A DNA stretch of 61,088 nt, the filler included. It is 4 parts of 4 records of this genome, joined end to end, with 100 filler letters (N's around TTAATTAATTAA, not from the genome) between each part and the next. Parts side by side here need not be neighbours in the genome. Positions count along the whole stretch, not along the records: positions 1 to 18,454 come from SRR20825010_6614; 3 more parts are not named here. One strand, given 5' to 3'. Position 1 is the stretch's first letter. Each line of letters opens with the position of its first letter. Shown in pieces: positions 1 to 10,184 of the stretch. The translations under genes and the position numbers were made by a program. Below the pieces are notes generated by a model, which saw only the letters and a list, made by a program, of their open reading frames with translations, made no database searches and had not been told where the DNA came from.

Positions 1-30
1 CGCAACTCGAAACTCGTTACTCGCTGACGC

Positions 31-60
31 GCGTTTCGCGCCTCAAGCGGCGCTCCTACA
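31..60 (-). repeat. GTAG-family REP-like palindrome
   Basis: Minus strand reads TGTAGGAGCGCC-GCTTGA-GGCGCGAA: GTAG tetramer, short stem, CGAA tail; lies just 3' of the cobC stop. Confidence 0.7.
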
Positions 61-69
61 AAAAACTGG

Positions 70-666
70 CTAGCCGTGTGAGACCAGGCAGCTCAGTGTG
101 CCAAATTCCGTTTGATCCAGCCGCACCCGGGAGCGGCAGGCGTAGGGTACCTGGAAGCCGGCCATGGCTTTGCTGGGTGCCATGCTCAGTACATGACTCA
201 GCACCATGCGAATGACGCCGCCGTGGCAAACCAGCAGAACTCGCTGGCCTTTCAATGTTTCCTGCCATAGCGTCCAGGCGTCACCGATGCGTTGATGAAA
301 ATCCTGAATGGTTTCCGCATTGCTCGGCGGGTGGCTTTCTGCATCGCGCCAGAAGTTGGCCTGGTGGTCGCCGTACTCCTGTGCTACCTGCTCACGGGTT
401 TTGCCTTCCCAGTCGCCGAAGCTGATTTCCTTGAAATCATGGGCAACGGTGAAAGGCAGGTTTTTTTCGCGGGCCAGTTCGGCGGCAAATTCCCGGCAGC
501 GTAACAGCGGCGAGGTGAGGATGTGGTCCCACTGATCTTCTGCTTCGATGGCGTCACGCATTTGCTGCCAGCCCAGCTCGCTCAGGGGGTCGTCCTTGTG
601 GCCCCGATACATCTGACCGCCAGCCGGTTCACCATGGCGAATCAAGTCAAAAAACGTGGTGCTCAT
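70..666 (-). CDS. cobC: Histidine phosphatase family, alpha-ribazole-5'-phosphate phosphatase
   Basis: LIRHG catalytic motif, EISFGDWEG, VCHGGVIR; directly downstream of cobT in a B12 cluster. Confidence 0.85.
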   Translation of the reverse strand: MSTTFFDLIRHGEPAGGQMYRGHKDDPLSELGWQQMRDAIEAEDQWDHILTSPLLRCREFAAELAREKNLPFTVAHDFKEISFGDWEGKTREQVAQEYGDHQANFWRDAESHPPSNAETIQDFHQRIGDAWTLWQETLKGQRVLLVCHGGVIRMVLSHVLSMAPSKAMAGFQVPYACRSRVRLDQTEFGTLSCLVSHG

Positions 667-686
667 TGGTATCTATTCCCGCTCAC

Positions 687-719
687 GTAGGTCGTATTAG
701 GCGTAGCCGTAATCCGACA
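687..719 (+). repeat. GTAG-family REP-like palindrome (second class)
   Basis: GTAG-GTCGTATTA-GGC-GTA-GCC-G-TAATCCGAC-A imperfect hairpin in the cobT-cobC spacer. Confidence 0.7.
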
Positions 720-721
720 AT

Positions 722-1777
722 TTATCCGTTCTGATTACTCACACTGGCATCGGCAAAGGTGGCCATCCGGTTATGCAGCGCGCAGGCACTGCGTAATAAC
801 GGTACCGCTACAGCAGCACCACTGCCTTCGCCTAATCGCAAGGACAGATCGAGCAACGGATTGGCATCCAATGCTTGCAGCAAGCGCTGATGTCCGGGTT
901 CCTGTGACTGGTGGGCGAACAGCAGCCAGCTGCGTAATTCCGGGCGGAGTCGGCAGGCGGCGAGGGCCGCAGTGGTGACAATAAAACCATCCACCAATAC
1001 CGGGATGCCACGCACCGCGCAGCCGATAAAGGCGCCGGCCAGAGCGGCGATTTCAAAGCCGCCCAATGAGGCCAGTGCCGCCAATGGGTCGGAGTGTTTC
1101 CCGTGACGGGCCAGCGCCTGTGTAATCACGTCGATTTTGTGGGAAACCCCTTCTGGGGTCAGACCGGTGCCGGGACCCGCGAGGGCAGCCGCGTCTTCGT
1201 CCAACAGCGCACAGGCCAGGGCAGTAGCGCTGGTGGTATTACCAATACCCATCTCGCCACCAATAAACAGGTGAGCGTTTCGTTCGGCGGCCCGTTGGGC
1301 GGCGCGATCTCCGGCGGCGAGAGCGGCTTGCAACTGGGTGTCGGACATGGCCGCTTGTTGAGCCAGGTTGCGGGTGCCCGGGGCGATCTGTTCATCAATA
1401 ACGCCGTCGCTAATGGGAGGGGAGGCGACGGTGCCCAGATTGATGACGTCCAGATCGGCGTTCAGTTGTTTGGCCATAACACTGATGGCCGCCCCGCCAG
1501 TGACAAAGTTGGCAATCATTTGCCCGGTGACCACTTGAGGAAAGGCGGAAATGCCTTCTTCGCAGACGCCATGGTCAGCGGCAAACACGGCCATACTGAT
1601 GCGTTCTGCGCGGGGCTGGTCTGTGGCCTGTAAGCTGGCGAGTTCGACGGCCAAAGACTCCAGGCGGCCCAGTGAGCCGGCGGGCTTGGTGAGCTGGGTC
1701 TGGCGGTGCAGGGCGGCTTGCCGGTGGCTGTCGCTGGGCGTGGCAATCGGCTGTTGCCAGGGGGAAGGCGTGCTCAC
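722..1777 (-). CDS. cobT: Nicotinate-nucleotide-dimethylbenzimidazole phosphoribosyltransferase
   Basis: [28 protein letters not shown] and LRLGEGSGA motifs. Start placed at GTG 1777 after GGAG; the 560-aa track ORF is over-extended into the cbiB antisense. Confidence 0.93.
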   Translation of the reverse strand: MSTPSPWQQPIATPSDSHRQAALHRQTQLTKPAGSLGRLESLAVELASLQATDQPRAERISMAVFAADHGVCEEGISAFPQVVTGQMIANFVTGGAAISVMAKQLNADLDVINLGTVASPPISDGVIDEQIAPGTRNLAQQAAMSDTQLQAALAAGDRAAQRAAERNAHLFIGGEMGIGNTTSATALACALLDEDAAALAGPGTGLTPEGVSHKIDVITQALARHGKHSDPLAALASLGGFEIAALAGAFIGCAVRGIPVLVDGFIVTTAALAACRLRPELRSWLLFAHQSQEPGHQRLLQALDANPLLDLSLRLGEGSGAAVAVPLLRSACALHNRMATFADASVSNQNG

Positions 1778-1888
1778 GGGCGTCTCCGGTTCGGGGCGGC
1801 GCAGGGCCGGAAAGCGGCAAATCCTCTGCCCCGCAACCGGGCGTGTCAAGTACACTGCCCGCCATCGATACCGGACAAAGACGTGGCG

Positions 1889-2821
1889 ATGATGCTTTCT
1901 GTTTCCCTGATTAGTGCGGCTGTGGCGGCGATTGTGCTGGATGCACTGGTGGGCGAGCCTCGCCGCTGGCATCCGCTGGTGGGCTTTGGCCGGGTGGCGT
2001 CGTGGCTGGAGCAGCGCTGCAACAATGGCGTACCGGGCGGTGTGGCGAAAGGCGCCTGCGCGCTGGTGCTCCTGGTGTTCCCGGTGGTGATTCTTGTCGC
2101 GCTGTTGTTGCTGTTGTTGCCGAATTGGGGCGCCTGGTTGGTGAGTGTAGTGGGTTTGTGGCTGGTCATCGGCATGCGCAGTCTGGGTGAGCATGGCCGT
2201 GCTGTGGCGAAAGCGCTGCGGGAGCAGGACTTGCCGGCGGCCAGGGAGCAGGTGGCGCGCATTGTCAGCCGTGATACCCAGGCGCTGGATGCCACCGGCG
2301 TGGCCCGGGCTGCCACCGAATCCATGCTGGAGAATGGTGCCGATGCGGTATTCGCCAGCCTGTTCTGGTTTGTGGTGGCAGGGCTGCCCGGCGCGGTATT
2401 GCATCGGCTGGTGAATACGCTGGATGCCATGTGGGGATATCGCACGGCCCGTTTTGAATGCTTCGGCAAGGCTGCCGCGCGACTGGACGATGTACTGGCC
2501 TGGGTGCCTTCGCGGCTGACGGCACTGAGTTATGCGTTGATCGGCGGATTGCAGGGGCGTTGTGGCCTGGCGTTACGTTGTTGGCGGCGGCAGGCGCCTG
2601 CCTGCGACAGCCCCAATGCAGGGCCGGTGATGGCCGCCGGTGCCGGGGCGTTGGGGGTGCAGCTGGGTGGGCCTGCGCCTTACCACGGTGGCTGGAAAGA
2701 CAAACCCTTGCTGGGCGCAGGGCGGCCGGCAGATGCGAACAGCATAAACGCGGCCATTGTGCTGGTGCAGCGCAGCCTGGGGTTGTGGTGTGTGATCTTG
2801 ATAGCGGGAGTGTTGGTGTGA
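1889..2821 (+). CDS. cbiB: Adenosylcobinamide-phosphate synthase (CbiB family)
   Basis: [58 protein letters not shown]; hydrophobic membrane protein. Start at ATG 1889 is inferred. Confidence 0.92.
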   Translation: MMLSVSLISAAVAAIVLDALVGEPRRWHPLVGFGRVASWLEQRCNNGVPGGVAKGACALVLLVFPVVILVALLLLLLPNWGAWLVSVVGLWLVIGMRSLGEHGRAVAKALREQDLPAAREQVARIVSRDTQALDATGVARAATESMLENGADAVFASLFWFVVAGLPGAVLHRLVNTLDAMWGYRTARFECFGKAAARLDDVLAWVPSRLTALSYALIGGLQGRCGLALRCWRRQAPACDSPNAGPVMAAGAGALGVQLGGPAPYHGGWKDKPLLGAGRPADANSINAAIVLVQRSLGLWCVILIAGVLV

Positions 2822-3813
2822 GCGGGCTGGAGCACGGCGGGCGTTTGAATCAGGCGGTACGCCAATGGGGGATCCCGCGCAGCGACTGGCTGGATCTGTC
2901 CACCGGGATCAGCCCGTACGGTTACCCCATTCCAGCCATTCCTGATGCCGTTTGGCAGCGGCTGCCGGAAGAGGACGACGGGCTGGATGCCGTGGCGCGT
3001 GACTGGTTAAAGCTGCCTGTCGATACCGGTTGCCTGCCGGTGGCGGGTAGTCAGCCGGCGCTGCAAACCTTGCCGGCCTTGCGGCGGCCTTGCCGGGTCG
3101 GGGTGGTGGCGCCAGCCTATGCCGAGCACGCCCGCGCCTGGCGGCAGGCGGGGCATGATGTGGTGCCGTTGGCGGCAACGGCGGTTGCCGGCACGCTGCC
3201 GCGTCTGGATGTGCTGGTGTGTGTGAATCCCAATAACCCTAGCGGCGCGTTGTTACCCGCCGAGACCCTGCGGGGCTGGCATCAACAACTGGCGGGACGG
3301 GGAGGCTGGCTGGTGGTGGATGAAGCGTTTCTGGATGCCAGCAACGGTACTTCGCTGGCTGCGCAGGCGCATCAGACCGGGTTGATCGTGCTGCGTTCAT
3401 TGGGCAAGTTTTTCGGTTTGGCGGGATTGCGGGCCGGGCTGATGGTGGCTGAGCCGGCGTTGTGCTCGGCCATGCAGGCTGCGCTGGGCCCGTGGGCCAT
3501 GAGCCATCCGGCCCGGTATGTGATGGCGCAGGCGCTTCAGGATCGGGCCTGGCAGCAACAGCAGCGCCAGCGGTTGCGTGAGGACCGTAAACGCCTGGAT
3601 GGGGTGCTGAGCGCTGCGGGATTGTCTCCCCAGGGAGACAGTGACCTGTTTGCCTGGTGCCCGGATGATCAAGCGCAGGGGCGTTTTGAGGCACTGGCGC
3701 GGCAGGGCGTTCTGGTACGTTATTTTGCCGAGCCAGCGGCCTTGCGGTTTGGCTTGGCAGGCAGTGAGGTGCAATGGGATCGTTTGCGTTCAGCGCTGTC
3801 TGTGTCGGCTTGA
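2818..3813 (+). CDS. cobD: L-threonine-O-3-phosphate decarboxylase (PLP-dependent)
   Basis: EHGG...WLDLSTGI, NPNNPSG, VVDEAF, RSLGKFFGLAGLR; the GTG start overlaps the cbiB TGA (GTGA). Confidence 0.9.
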   Translation: MSGLEHGGRLNQAVRQWGIPRSDWLDLSTGISPYGYPIPAIPDAVWQRLPEEDDGLDAVARDWLKLPVDTGCLPVAGSQPALQTLPALRRPCRVGVVAPAYAEHARAWRQAGHDVVPLAATAVAGTLPRLDVLVCVNPNNPSGALLPAETLRGWHQQLAGRGGWLVVDEAFLDASNGTSLAAQAHQTGLIVLRSLGKFFGLAGLRAGLMVAEPALCSAMQAALGPWAMSHPARYVMAQALQDRAWQQQQRQRLREDRKRLDGVLSAAGLSPQGDSDLFAWCPDDQAQGRFEALARQGVLVRYFAEPAALRFGLAGSEVQWDRLRSALSVSA

Positions 3814-3889
3814 GGCTTTGCTCAAGGCGACGTGAGTTCCTTTCATAAAAGACTTTTGTGTTTGCTTGTTCCCCTCGCGGTTGGTATTT

Positions 3890-4090
3890 TCGCGCCACCT
3901 TTCGGTGCCTTCCCTGAACACAGGGCGGGTTAAACGGGAAGTCGGTGGGAGCCTTTGGCTCTAAATCCGACGCTGCCCCCGCAACGGTGATTGAGTTAAC
4001 GACGGTCGAAACGCCACTGTGCTTTTGCATGGGAAGGCGACTGTCGAGAGGTTGCCCCTCGCTCATCAGCCCGGAGACCGGCCAGAAGGT
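3890..4090 (+). ncRNA. Cobalamin (B12) riboswitch
   Basis: Conserved blocks in order: GGTGC...TTAAACGGGAAGTCGGTG...AATCCGACGCTGCCCCCGCAACGGT...GCCACTG...GGGAAGGC...AGCCCGGAGACCGGCC, upstream of btuB. Boundaries are approximate. Confidence 0.95.
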
Positions 4091-4235
4091 AAGGAAGTCC
4101 TCTGCGACTTCCAACCAGGCGTTGCGGTGGGCGATGGCGGGGTATATCGGCGCGTTCGCGCCTGTCTCCCTGTGCTTGTTCTGCTGCGGCTAAATCCAGG
4201 CCGTGCGGGTGGGCACGGCAGAGGGGGATCTTCCG

Positions 4236-6089
4236 ATGTTGTTTCGTTCCGTTGCGGTCAGTGCCGCGATGTCTTTGTGCGCGTGGCCGTTGTTTGCCTA
4301 CGCTGAACCCGCGCAGTCCGATAATGCTGCGGCTTTGCAAGTTTCGATGCTCGACCCGGTGGTGGTTACACCGACGCTGACCAGCCGCACCACGGAAGCG
4401 TCACTGTCGTCGGTGACGGTGATCGATGAGAAACAGTTACGCGAGCGTCAGCCACAGGACATGACCGAGATGCTGCGCGGGCAGCCCGGTGTGGATATCA
4501 CCGGCAACGGTGCCTTCGGCAAAGCCACCAGTGTGTACCTCAGGGGGACCGGGAGCAGCTCCACGTTATTGATGGTTGATGGGGTGCGTCTGCGCTCCGC
4601 CACCGCCGGTAGCCCGTCATGGCAGTTCTTGCCGACCACGTTGATTGACCGTATCGAAATCGTGCGTGGGCCCCGTGGCAGCCTCTATGGCGCCGATGCT
4701 GTGGGTGGGGTGGTGCAGGTCTTTACTCCGGGTGCCCGTGATCTGAGCAATGAACAGACTGGCTGGATGGAATTGGGCGGCGGATCCTTCAATAGTCGCC
4801 GGGTTGCGGCCGGGGCCCAGGGCGAACAGGACGGCACCCGTTATAACGTGGCGGTGGACCGCTTCGATACCGATGGCACGGAAATCCGTGAGGGCAGTGA
4901 AGACCGTGGTTATGACAATACCTCGGCAGTGGCTCGGGTCACTCACCGTTTTGATAACGATGCGGAAATCGGCGTGTTCGGTTTTCGGGCGGCGGGCAGT
5001 ACCGAATTTGAAGGCAGCACCCCCGAGCAGGAAAAAGTGACCGATTACGCCATGCAGATTGCGGGCGTGAAAGGGCAGGTGTGGGTGACGGAAAGCTGGC
5101 TGAGCAAACTTATCCTCAGTGATGCCCGTGACGAGAATGAGAATTTCACCGACGGCGATCGGGACAGCATCTTTAATACCCGCAGCCGGGCGGCGAACTG
5201 GCAGAATATTTTTGCGCTGGGGAACCACCAATTGGTAGTCGGTGCCGATTACTTGCAGGATCTGGTGGACAGCACCACGCTGTATTCGGAAGACGAGCGC
5301 GAAAACACGGCGGGTTTTGCTCAGCTGTTGCTGAACTTCGGTGCCTTCGATGTGCAGGCCAGCGGCCGCTACGATGATAACGAAGCCTATGGCAGCGAGA
5401 CCACCGGCGGCCTGGCGGTGGGCTACAAGCTGGATGCGAATCATCGGCTACGGGCCAGTTATGGCACCGCCTTTCGCGCGCCGACCTTTAATGATCTGTA
5501 TTTCCCGGGGTTTGGCAACGATCAGTTGGACCCGGAAAGCTCACAAAGCACGGAAGTGGGAATGCGAGGCCAGTATCAGCATTGGTACTGGGACATTGCC
5601 GCCTACCAGACGGACGTGGATGACCTGATTGCCTATGCCTTGCAAGGGGGGCGTTACGCACCGTTCAATGTGAACCGGGCGCGTATTCGTGGTGCGGAGC
5701 TGGCCGTGGGCGTGGATATCAACCAATGGCGCGCCGGGGCGGCCTTCACCGCCCAGGATCCGGAAGACCGGGACACCGGCCTGGTGCTGCAGCGCCAGTC
5801 ACAACGCAGTTTCCGTTTTGATCTGGATCGGGCCGTGGGTGAGTTCTCGCTGGGCGGCAGCGTGGTGTTGCAAGGCCACCGTTATAACGATGCCGATAAC
5901 GACGTGCGGCTGTCCGGCTTTGGCCTGCTGGATCTGCGGGCGGGCTGGAATTTCGCACCCAACTGGTCCACCCGCCTGGCGGTAAAAAACGTGCTCGATA
6001 AGGAATACACCACCGCACAGAATTTTGGCGGTTGGAACTATATGAACGCAGGGCGTTCGGTAATGTTGAGCCTGCGCTACGATAGGTAG
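4236..6089 (+). CDS. btuB: TonB-dependent vitamin B12 receptor
   Basis: Signal peptide, DPVVVT TonB-box-like segment, plug motif RIEIVRGPRGSLYGADAVGGVV, GTAFRAPTFNDLY; follows the B12 riboswitch. ATG 4236 follows GAGGGGG. Confidence 0.9.
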   Translation: MLFRSVAVSAAMSLCAWPLFAYAEPAQSDNAAALQVSMLDPVVVTPTLTSRTTEASLSSVTVIDEKQLRERQPQDMTEMLRGQPGVDITGNGAFGKATSVYLRGTGSSSTLLMVDGVRLRSATAGSPSWQFLPTTLIDRIEIVRGPRGSLYGADAVGGVVQVFTPGARDLSNEQTGWMELGGGSFNSRRVAAGAQGEQDGTRYNVAVDRFDTDGTEIREGSEDRGYDNTSAVARVTHRFDNDAEIGVFGFRAAGSTEFEGSTPEQEKVTDYAMQIAGVKGQVWVTESWLSKLILSDARDENENFTDGDRDSIFNTRSRAANWQNIFALGNHQLVVGADYLQDLVDSTTLYSEDERENTAGFAQLLLNFGAFDVQASGRYDDNEAYGSETTGGLAVGYKLDANHRLRASYGTAFRAPTFNDLYFPGFGNDQLDPESSQSTEVGMRGQYQHWYWDIAAYQTDVDDLIAYALQGGRYAPFNVNRARIRGAELAVGVDINQWRAGAAFTAQDPEDRDTGLVLQRQSQRSFRFDLDRAVGEFSLGGSVVLQGHRYNDADNDVRLSGFGLLDLRAGWNFAPNWSTRLAVKNVLDKEYTTAQNFGGWNYMNAGRSVMLSLRYDR

Positions 6090-6997
6090 TGCAGAACATC
6101 AGATGGAGTGAGTGGATGCGCGTTTTACGTTGGGGGTTATTGCTGCCAATGCTGGCCCTGTTTCACACGGCCATGGCCGCGGTGTGTGTCACCGACGATA
6201 CCCAGCGTGAACTCTGTCTGGACAAGCCGGCCAGCCGCATCATTGCCTTGTCTCCGGGCGCTACCGAGCTGCTGTTTGCGGCAGGGGCCGGTGAACAGAT
6301 GGTGGGGGCGGTAAGCTTCAGCGATTACCCGCCAGCGGCGAAAAAATTACCGCGGGTGGGGAGTTACAAACGCCTGGATCTGGAAGCCGTGTTGGCGCTG
6401 GATCCGGACCTGATTGTGGCCTGGCACAGTGGCAATCCGCTACCTCAGGTGGAGCAGCTGAAAGCGCTGGGGTTGCCGGTGTATTACAGCGAACCACGCC
6501 GCTTTGCGGATGTGAGCACCACGCTGGAACGGTTTGCCCGGCTGGCCGGGACGGAACAGGTTGGCAAGGGGGCAGCGGATGCTTTCCGCGCCGGCATTGA
6601 TGCCCTGCGTGAGCGTTACGCGGATGCGGCGAAAGTCAGCGTGTTCTATCAGGTGTGGGAAGAGCCGTTGATGACGGTGAACCGTGAGCATCTGATCAGT
6701 GAAGCGATTCAGGTTTGTGGCGGAGTAAACGTGTTCGCCGATCTGCCCACGCTGGCGCCGCGTATCAGCAAGGAGTCGGTGCTTGAGAAAAACCCACAGG
6801 CCATTGTTGCGGGCGGCATGGGCGAAGATGACCCCGGCTGGCTGGATCCCTGGCGGCAGTTTGCCACCTTGCAGGCGGTGAAAAACGACAATCTGTTTTT
6901 TGTTTCGCCCTCCACATTGCAGCGGCCCACGCCGCAAATGCTGACAGGTGCCCGTACCCTGTGCCGGCACCTGGATTCTGCTCGTGCCCGCCAGTAA
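6089..6997 (+). CDS. btuF: Cobalamin-binding periplasmic protein
   Basis: RIIALSPGATELLFAAGAG, SDYPPAAKKLPRVG, CGGVNVF, LQRPTP. The start could instead be ATG 6116. Confidence 0.88.
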   Translation: MQNIRWSEWMRVLRWGLLLPMLALFHTAMAAVCVTDDTQRELCLDKPASRIIALSPGATELLFAAGAGEQMVGAVSFSDYPPAAKKLPRVGSYKRLDLEAVLALDPDLIVAWHSGNPLPQVEQLKALGLPVYYSEPRRFADVSTTLERFARLAGTEQVGKGAADAFRAGIDALRERYADAAKVSVFYQVWEEPLMTVNREHLISEAIQVCGGVNVFADLPTLAPRISKESVLEKNPQAIVAGGMGEDDPGWLDPWRQFATLQAVKNDNLFFVSPSTLQRPTPQMLTGARTLCRHLDSARARQ

Positions 6998-7964
6998 GCA
7001 GCGGGCGCTTCCCGCCCTGTTGGGGCTGACGGGTTTGGGGCTGCTGGCGCTGTTGTTGTCGGTGGCGGTGGGCAGTGTGTCGATTTCGCTACAGGACCTG
7101 TGGGCGGTGGCGACCGGTGGCGGCAGTGAACTGTACCGGGAGCTGATCGTGTCGCTGCGTGCCCCCCGTGCGCTGGCGGCCTTTTCTACCGGGGGGCTGC
7201 TGGCATTGGCCGGGGCCCTGATGCAGGTGCTGTTGCGTAATCCGCTGGCGGACCCCTATGTGTTGGGTATTTCCGGTGGTGCGGCCGTTGGTGCGCTGGG
7301 GGCCATGTTGATTGGTGGTGGTTTGGCGCTGGTGTCCGGCTCAGCGTTTGCTGGCGCCTTGCTGTCCACCCTGCTGGTGTTTGGTCTGGCGCAAGGTGGC
7401 GGAGGCTGGACCCCGACGCGACTGTTGCTGACTGGCGTAGTGGTGGCCGCCGGTTGGGGCGCAGTGATTACCTTCATGTTGACCATGAGTCCGGCGGATC
7501 GACTGCCGGGCATGCTGTATTGGCTGATGGGCGATTTGAGTTACGCCCGTGCGCCCTATGGCGCCTGGCTGGTATTGATTCCGGCGGTGCTGCTCACGTT
7601 GCCACTGGGGCGCAGTCTTAATGTGCTGGCGCGGGGGCCGTTACAGGCGGCGGCGCTGGGCATTGCGGTAAAGCCGCTGGAGTGGCTGGTGTATATCCTC
7701 GCCAGCCTGCTGACCGCAGTGGCGGTGACCACGGCGGGCAGTGTGGGCTTTGTCGGCTTGATTGTGCCGCATATGCTGCGGCTGTTGCTGGGCAATGATC
7801 AGCGCATCATTTTGCCTGCCAGTGTGCTGGCCGGCGGCACCTTGCTGACCGTGGCCGATACGCTGGCACGCACGGTGATGGCGCCGGAGCAGTTGCCGGT
7901 AGGGGTGATAACGGCCTTGCTGGGTGTGCCTACGTTCCTGTTTTTGCTGCATCGCAGTCGCTGA
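6984..7964 (+). CDS. btuC: ABC transporter permease, FecCD/BtuC family
   Basis: LLRNPLADPYVLGISGGA, GFVGLIVPH, ADTLART, LPVGVITALLG. The GTG start at 6984 is inferred. Confidence 0.85.
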   Translation: MPASKQRALPALLGLTGLGLLALLLSVAVGSVSISLQDLWAVATGGGSELYRELIVSLRAPRALAAFSTGGLLALAGALMQVLLRNPLADPYVLGISGGAAVGALGAMLIGGGLALVSGSAFAGALLSTLLVFGLAQGGGGWTPTRLLLTGVVVAAGWGAVITFMLTMSPADRLPGMLYWLMGDLSYARAPYGAWLVLIPAVLLTLPLGRSLNVLARGPLQAAALGIAVKPLEWLVYILASLLTAVAVTTAGSVGFVGLIVPHMLRLLLGNDQRIILPASVLAGGTLLTVADTLARTVMAPEQLPVGVITALLGVPTFLFLLHRSR

Positions 7965-8009
7965 TTGATGAGGGGCAAAGGCCCCCCTGCAACCCGAACG
8001 GAGAGCGCC

Positions 8010-8774
8010 ATGGCGGTGCTGGACATTGAAAATCTGATTGTCGATATCCCGGGTCGCGGGGATGGCGAGCCTCTTAATTTGCAGGTGAAATCCGGCCAGC
8101 GCTGGGGCGTGTTGGGGCCAAATGGGGCTGGCAAAACGTCATTGCTGCATACCCTGGCGGGTTTGCGGCCACCGCGACGTGGCCAGGTGATTCTCAATGG
8201 TTCACCGCTGGCAAGCCTGTCGCGCCGAGAGGTGGCCCGGCAGGTGGCGGTGGTGTTCCAGGAGCGTCAGGACAGCTTCCCTGCCACGGTGATGGAAACG
8301 GTTCTGATAGGCCGCCATCCTTTTCTGTCTGCCTGGCAACGCGAGAGCGCTGAGGATATTCGTTTCGCTCAAGAGGCGTTGTCTGCGTTGTCGTTGAACC
8401 TGCTCAAGGATCGCCTGGTGAGCACCTTGTCCGGCGGTGAGCGGCAGCGGGTTTCCATTGCCACGGCGCTGACCCAGCAGCCAACCATCTGGCTGGCGGA
8501 TGAGCCCACCAATCATCTGGATCTGCATCATCAGGTAGCGGTCATGGAGTTGCTGGATCAGCAGGCAGATAACGGCGCTGCTGTCTTCATGTGCTTGCAC
8601 GATCTGAACCTGGCGGCCCGTTGGTGTGATCACTTGTTGTTGCTGTATCCGGATGGGGAGCTATGTTTCGGCCCGGCACAAACCATGTTGGTGCCGGCAG
8701 CACTGGAGCGTCTTTACGACCAGAAACTGGTGGTAGGGCAAGTGAATGGAGTGCCGGTGTTTGTGCCGGGGTAA
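8010..8774 (+). CDS. btuD: ABC transporter ATP-binding subunit
   Basis: Walker A GPNGAGKT, signature LSGGERQR, Walker B LADEPT, H-loop LHDLN. Confidence 0.85.
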   Translation: MAVLDIENLIVDIPGRGDGEPLNLQVKSGQRWGVLGPNGAGKTSLLHTLAGLRPPRRGQVILNGSPLASLSRREVARQVAVVFQERQDSFPATVMETVLIGRHPFLSAWQRESAEDIRFAQEALSALSLNLLKDRLVSTLSGGERQRVSIATALTQQPTIWLADEPTNHLDLHHQVAVMELLDQQADNGAAVFMCLHDLNLAARWCDHLLLLYPDGELCFGPAQTMLVPAALERLYDQKLVVGQVNGVPVFVPG

Positions 8775-8807
8775 GTGCGTCAGCAGTCGCTGGGGCGATC
8801 AAACGCG

Positions 8808-10184
8808 ATGAGTTATACGATGCCAACCTTATTGAATGCCTCGGTGCCGGCGGCGTTGATTAGCGCACCCGGTTCCGGGCAGGGAAAATCCCTGATTACC
8901 GCAGCACTGGCAAGGCTGCACCGCAATGCGGGGCGCCGGGTCCGCGTGTTCAAATTCGGTCCGGATTATCTGGATCCGATGATTCTGGAGCAGGCCAGCG
9001 GCGCACCGGTGTACCAGTTGCAACCCTGGATGACCGGTGAGGATGAATGTCGCTGGCGGCTGGCACAGGCCGCGCAAGACGCCGATCTGATTCTGGTAGA
9101 AGGTGCCATGGGTTTGTTTGACGGCACCCCATCCAGTGCCGACCTGGCGGTGCTGGCGGGCATCCCGGCGTTGCCGGTGATTGATGCCTGGGGCATGGCG
9201 CAAACGTTCGGTGCCATTGCTCTGGGCTTGTCGAGTTACCGCGATGATCTGGTCGTTAACGAGGTGATTGCTAACCGGGTGGCCAGCCAGCGCCATGGCG
9301 ATCTGGTACGCGAGGGAATGCCTGCGGGTGTGACCTTGCTGGGCTCGGTGCCACGACATGCGGCCATGACATTGCCCGAACGACATCTTGGGCTGGTGCA
9401 GGCCCACGAGTTGGCAGATCTGGATGCACTGTTGGATGAGGCTGCTGCGGTGTTGCAAGACGCAGGTCTGGATCGACTGCCGCAAACGGTGCATTTTTCT
9501 GCGCCCGCTCCCGAACCGTTGCCACCCTTGTTGAAAGGCTGCCGTATCGGTATTGCCCGTGATGCAGCGTTTGCGTTTATTTATCCGGCCAATCTGGATG
9601 CACTGCGGGAGATGGGCGCGACCCTGACGTTCTTTTCTCCGCTGCAGGAAACCGCGTTGCCTGATGTCGATGCGTTATGGCTACCTGGCGGTTACCCGGA
9701 GTTGCATGGGGAAACCCTGGCCAGGAATACCGCCATGGGCGATGCCATTCGCGATCACCATGCTGCCGGCAAACCGATTCTGGCGGAGTGTGGCGGGTTG
9801 ATGAGTTGTATGGCGACCCTGGTAGACGGTGAGGAAAAGCGCCATGCCGGTTTCGGACTCTTGCCGGGTGAAGCGTTTTTGACAAAGAAACTGCATGGGT
9901 TGGGAATGCAGGCGCTGGCCACTCCTCGCGGGGAATTGCGTGGCCACACTTTTCACCATGGCAGTTTGTCCACACCCCTGACGCCGGCCATTTTTAGCCG
10001 TAAACAAACGGGTACAGAAGGCGAGTCGGTTTATCAGGACAAGGGCCTGGTGGCGAGCTTCTTCCATGGTTATTTCCCTTCAGCGCCGCAAGTCGTGGCG
10101 GATATTTTTAGCGGGCAATTCCGTGCCGGCCCCCTTTCCCCTGATCACAATACTCCCTCTCAAACAGGATCCGACCATGCGTGA
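8808..10184 (+). CDS. cobB: Cobyrinate a,c-diamide synthase
   Basis: SGQGKS, FKFGPDYLD, VEGAMGLFDG, LPERHLGL, AFAFIYPAN, GGYPEL, glutaminase AECGG. Confidence 0.9.
   Translation: MSYTMPTLLNASVPAALISAPGSGQGKSLITAALARLHRNAGRRVRVFKFGPDYLDPMILEQASGAPVYQLQPWMTGEDECRWRLAQAAQDADLILVEGAMGLFDGTPSSADLAVLAGIPALPVIDAWGMAQTFGAIALGLSSYRDDLVVNEVIANRVASQRHGDLVREGMPAGVTLLGSVPRHAAMTLPERHLGLVQAHELADLDALLDEAAAVLQDAGLDRLPQTVHFSAPAPEPLPPLLKGCRIGIARDAAFAFIYPANLDALREMGATLTFFSPLQETALPDVDALWLPGGYPELHGETLARNTAMGDAIRDHHAAGKPILAECGGLMSCMATLVDGEEKRHAGFGLLPGEAFLTKKLHGLGMQALATPRGELRGHTFHHGSLSTPLTPAIFSRKQTGTEGESVYQDKGLVASFFHGYFPSAPQVVADIFSGQFRAGPLSPDHNTPSQTGSDHA

Noticed and set aside
1778..2404. N-terminal 209 aa of the 560-aa cobT ORF as a novel fusion
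   Set aside because: It is the antisense shadow of cbiB; homology and an RBS start at 1777.
2458..2817. N-terminal extension of the 451-aa cobD ORF
   Set aside because: It is an out-of-frame overlap with cbiB; the real start is the GTGA junction at 2818.
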